A stretch of DNA of 64,000 nucleotides from an uncultured bacterium (GTDB taxonomy: Bacteria; Acidobacteriota; HRBIN11; JAKEFK01). Location of the stretch: the NCBI GenBank assembly GCA_963777505.1, contig CAVZQN010000008.1, positions 352,001-416,000 on the forward strand. Reading direction: 5' to 3'. The notes beneath the pieces are model-generated. The model worked only from the letters and a program-made list of their open reading frames with translations, was not told the origin of the DNA and searched no databases. Every line of letters starts with the position of its first letter. Position 1 is the stretch's first letter. A program made the translations under genes and the position numbers. This document shows, in pieces, positions 60,858 through 64,000 of this stretch.

Positions 60858-62486
60858 TTACTGTTTCCTAAGGGTTAATGGTTCTGGCGGCGGAATTTCA
60901 TCCATTTTGAAAATCACCAGACTTGTTAAGAACTCTGAAAGATCTTTCTGTGACTGTATGGAGAGAGCAATAAAAGCCGCTCGCGAAGAAGCTCCTTCAC
61001 CACCATGTTCCAGAATGGCTTCGGTGATGGTTGTTGCGCGGCCATCATGCATGTACGGTGCAGTTGATCCAACACCCCACAAATTTTCCGTCATGAAAGT
61101 TCCAGCACCTGTTCCTGCTTCATCGATACCTTCAGCCAAACCACTTCCCATATTGTGACGTTTCAAATCGCCGAACAATTCGACAATTCCCTTAGCACCA
61201 TCTTTACGAAGAGAGCCAAGGCGATACACAATGTTTCCTCCACCATCCCGAATGATGTTATCAGGTTGATCTTCGGTTAAATTGAATGTAACCGGAAAGA
61301 GTGGATCAACACCACGCGAAACAGGATCTTGCCCTGCCGGAAATGGATTGTCCCTGTAGTTCGCATTTTGGCTCGGTTCGCTGAAAACAGGATTATCAAT
61401 TCTTAGAATCGGCACGTGACACGTTGCGCATCCAACTTGCGCAAATTTTACAGCACCTCGAACAATCGACTGTACTTGCTCTGAAGGCAGTGGATCAATC
61501 AACCCCAAAGCAGCCAGTTCAATACTTGATGTAGGCCGTGGTTGCGCGGCAAGATACACCGCCATAGCGGTTTGATCTCCGATCGTCATTTCATCAGCAA
61601 CACCATCGCCATCCCCATCTACACCATCACCCACAATTTCCACAGGCTGCATACCAAGCTCATTGTGAGACGCATCACGGTTGAACTCGCGAAGAGTTGT
61701 GAAATTGCCTTTCCATTGGTACGGCCGGACAATCAAGTCCGCCGATACACCGGATACGTTGGAAGTATTGAAGGTAACAACACAAGGATTGGTTCGAGTT
61801 CGAGTCGCTTTAATTGAACCAAATGAGATTCCTTTTGCTGATAGAATTTTTGTAGCCGATCCTTGGCTGCATGCCTGAGTCTTCGCCTGTTCTCTGAGTA
61901 CAAACAAACGTTCCGTCATCTCTTCCGCAAGTCTTTGAAGTGCTCCCGGTGCGAACAAGTGAGGAGTGTTTCGCTGAATAAACTTTGAGAGTACTCCGCT
62001 ATGCAATGGATCACGATGAACATTCGATGCTGTCGTTCCGCTGCCATCATCAAATAGTTGGCTGTGACATTGATTACATGCCGTACCGTTCGGTCCCGTA
62101 GAGCGCGGAGGGACGTGAGTTGCCCATTGGCCAGGTCCATTCAAATCAGCTCTGGGAACGCGTGTGAAACGCTGACCTTGTCCAACATTCGCGCCTCCAC
62201 CATCTAATGCATTGAAGTCGGTTTCAAACAATTCATCCCCATGTTCAAAAGCTTCAGCAAAGGCTTCATCAAGTTGCCCTTGTTCCACTAACTCCTTCAA
62301 CTCTTCTTGATCTACATGCTCAGCCACGGGGAGATGGACCCTCGATACAAGTGTGAGATCAGTAATGATTGCCCACACACTGAGGGTGACGCCAAATAGA
62401 CAAGTGAAAAACACCAGGACTCTGAATCCGATTGGAAGAGTATTCCAAACGGAGAATACTTGTAGAATCCTTTTCTTAAAAGACAT
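60858..62486 (-). CDS. Di-heme oxidoreductase / cytochrome c peroxidase-like protein
   Basis: CNQCH and CATCH heme motifs; LWGVGSTAPYMHDGRA; DGDGDG loop; SD GGAGG before ATG 62486. Confidence 0.85.
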   Translation of the reverse strand: MSFKKRILQVFSVWNTLPIGFRVLVFFTCLFGVTLSVWAIITDLTLVSRVHLPVAEHVDQEELKELVEQGQLDEAFAEAFEHGDELFETDFNALDGGGANVGQGQRFTRVPRADLNGPGQWATHVPPRSTGPNGTACNQCHSQLFDDGSGTTASNVHRDPLHSGVLSKFIQRNTPHLFAPGALQRLAEEMTERLFVLREQAKTQACSQGSATKILSAKGISFGSIKATRTRTNPCVVTFNTSNVSGVSADLIVRPYQWKGNFTTLREFNRDASHNELGMQPVEIVGDGVDGDGDGVADEMTIGDQTAMAVYLAAQPRPTSSIELAALGLIDPLPSEQVQSIVRGAVKFAQVGCATCHVPILRIDNPVFSEPSQNANYRDNPFPAGQDPVSRGVDPLFPVTFNLTEDQPDNIIRDGGGNIVYRLGSLRKDGAKGIVELFGDLKRHNMGSGLAEGIDEAGTGAGTFMTENLWGVGSTAPYMHDGRATTITEAILEHGGEGASSRAAFIALSIQSQKDLSEFLTSLVIFKMDEIPPPEPLTLRKQ

Positions 62487-62984
62487 AGCACCTCCATACA
62501 ATTAATGTTGAGGCAGGCAGGAAAATGGGCAGAAATCAGTTCTCTGTGTCAGACACGGAAAGCAGACCTTCGGCGGAGTGGGCGGAAATTACCGTCGAAG
62601 ATACTTAGAGCCTTTGAATTGCTCTCAGCCCAAATCCAAAAAGAACCTGCCGATTTTGCCTAATCTGAATTGTCTTCGGAGGAGTGTGGCTAGTTTAAGT
62701 TCGCTTGAACCTGGGATTATATGGCCGGCAAATCAATCGTTTAGCAGGCTGCAAATATTGGAGCAGAAAGTCTTTGTGATGTACGTATATTCTATGTTAC
62801 TGAGTCTTCTGTGCGTTCCATTATGAGCGACATGCACTTATTGAGTCCTTTGTTTGCCTGACGCTTCTTCAAGCCGCACTTACCTGGGACATAAAAAGTA
62901 TACCGCGAAAATCACACATTGCTACAAAAACTAATGATCCTTGTTAAACATAAATTCCGCATGACTAAGTGTGGAAGATAAACT

Positions 62985-63245
62985 ATGACAAAAATCGATG
63001 GTCGCGCAAATTCTCTACCAAACATTTCTTCGGAGCCTTCCGAAGTTTCTTCGGCAAATAATGCGCCGGGTCAAAATCCTCAGATTGAAAACCACGGAAG
63101 CATGGATCAATGGGAAATACCCAGAAGCGTTCATGGATGTCCAGCCTGCCCTCATCCAGCGATTGGCTTGAACACTCCCGAGGCGCCAAAGATGTTAATA
63201 AATTCCCGTCCCGCAGTAACGATGAAGGATCAAGGAGAAAAGTAA
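62985..63245 (+). CDS. Small protein: disordered MTKI- N-terminus plus partial PAAR-like motif
   Basis: HGCPACPHPAIG...MLINSRPAVTMKD; stop abuts the convergent Rid gene. Confidence 0.55.
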   Translation: MTKIDGRANSLPNISSEPSEVSSANNAPGQNPQIENHGSMDQWEIPRSVHGCPACPHPAIGLNTPEAPKMLINSRPAVTMKDQGEK

Positions 63246-63251
63246 AGACTC

Positions 63252-63716
63252 TTAATTTGCTGCAACGGCCACGGCTTCAATCTCAATCATGAAGTCTTCG
63301 CGAGCAAGTGCTTGCACTCCAACAAGAGTACTGGCTGGCGGATGTTCACCTGTTATGTACTTACCCCGGATTTCACGAATCGTTGGTATCGCATCCGGAG
63401 TATAGTTCACCACAAACATTGTGATTTTTACCACATTGTTAAAAGTGCAACCTGCTGCGGCTAACGCAGTTTTTAAATTTTCGAAAACCTGTTCGGTCTG
63501 CGCTTTGAGATCTTTCTTTCCAACTACTTCCCCTTTTGCATTGAGTGCAACCTGTCCGGCTATATATATGGTACGTGCTCCGGTAGTTACGACGACATGC
63601 GTGTAGCCAGTTGGCTTGTTAAGTCCATCGGGATTAATAAACTTCGTGGTTTCATCAGCAGAATAACTGATCGATGCCAATAAAATTATGAAAACCATCG
63701 CTACAAAAATTTTCAT
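63252..63716 (-). CDS. Rid/YjgF family protein with signal peptide (lacks catalytic Arg)
   Basis: GYTHVV, IAGQV, PPASTLVGV and EIEAVA motifs; SD AAGGAG; signal SYS|A. Confidence 0.9.
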   Translation of the reverse strand: MKIFVAMVFIILLASISYSADETTKFINPDGLNKPTGYTHVVVTTGARTIYIAGQVALNAKGEVVGKKDLKAQTEQVFENLKTALAAAGCTFNNVVKITMFVVNYTPDAIPTIREIRGKYITGEHPPASTLVGVQALAREDFMIEIEAVAVAAN

Positions 63717-64000
63717 TTTGTTCTCCTTAGTACGCTTTATGTCGCTACGTGGTGCAGCCCCGAATCGGCTTAATAGAAAAAGTCTTCACTAACTTACTTA
63801 AGTTTCTTTACTATACGATCTGTAGCACCCATCTCTCTATAAATGTAATGGGTCACGGATCAAAGACTACGTAGTGATTAACCAGGAACTATTATTTTTC
63901 GGTCGTTTTTGTAATCTTGGTCAGATCGGAAAGAGCTCCCAAAATGATATTTCGTGAAAGGGAGATATTGCTAGGGGTAGATTCATTTCCACCAAACCAT

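Noticed and set aside
62578-62826. 82-aa ORF in the intergenic gap, and TPP-riboswitch-like words
   Set aside because: No recognisable domain or convincing SD; GCTGAGA and GAACCTG lie on opposite strands.
63892-64000. Possible 3' end of a minus-strand gene entering from the right edge
   Set aside because: More than one short frame is open and none is recognisable, so it cannot be supported.

Overview
A gene-dense bacterial chromosomal segment with moderately low GC by eye. The gene families (TPR Ser/Thr kinases, GspG-like pilins, sigma54 control) suggest Acidobacteriota or a Deltaproteobacteria-like lineage; this is inference. Left half: a sigma54-driven pair of type IV/GspG-like prepilins, followed by an O-antigen-ligase/TPR protein, a polyprenol-phosphate glycosyltransferase and a large surface-glycan cluster. 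The cluster holds GT2/GT4/GT-C enzymes, a perosamine-synthase-type aminotransferase, a cupin, methyltransferases, fcl, and a small-protein/kinase-like-methyltransferase/membrane-sulfatase module with two single-base frameshifts. purM, a PilGHI-like ABC system and a PilR-like activator follow. Middle: an arcE-like(P-loop)-arcC-arcB arginine operon lacking arcA and preceded by a long RNA hairpin, PilV/W/X-like minor pilins, and an LPS heptose-core locus extended by a radical SAM enzyme, an acyltransferase and an ICMT-like methyltransferase. Right: two Ser/Thr kinases, a COMT-like enzyme, a PGM1-like ATP-grasp ligase, a second radical SAM/methyltransferase pair, redoxins, a di-heme protein and an exported Rid protein. 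Three orphan proteins share a type III/flagellar-export-like N-terminus, and one of them ends in a truncated PAAR-like metal motif. Several REP-like repeat families occur, and one supplies the final codons of two genes. No rRNA, tRNA, CRISPR array or transposase was recognised.
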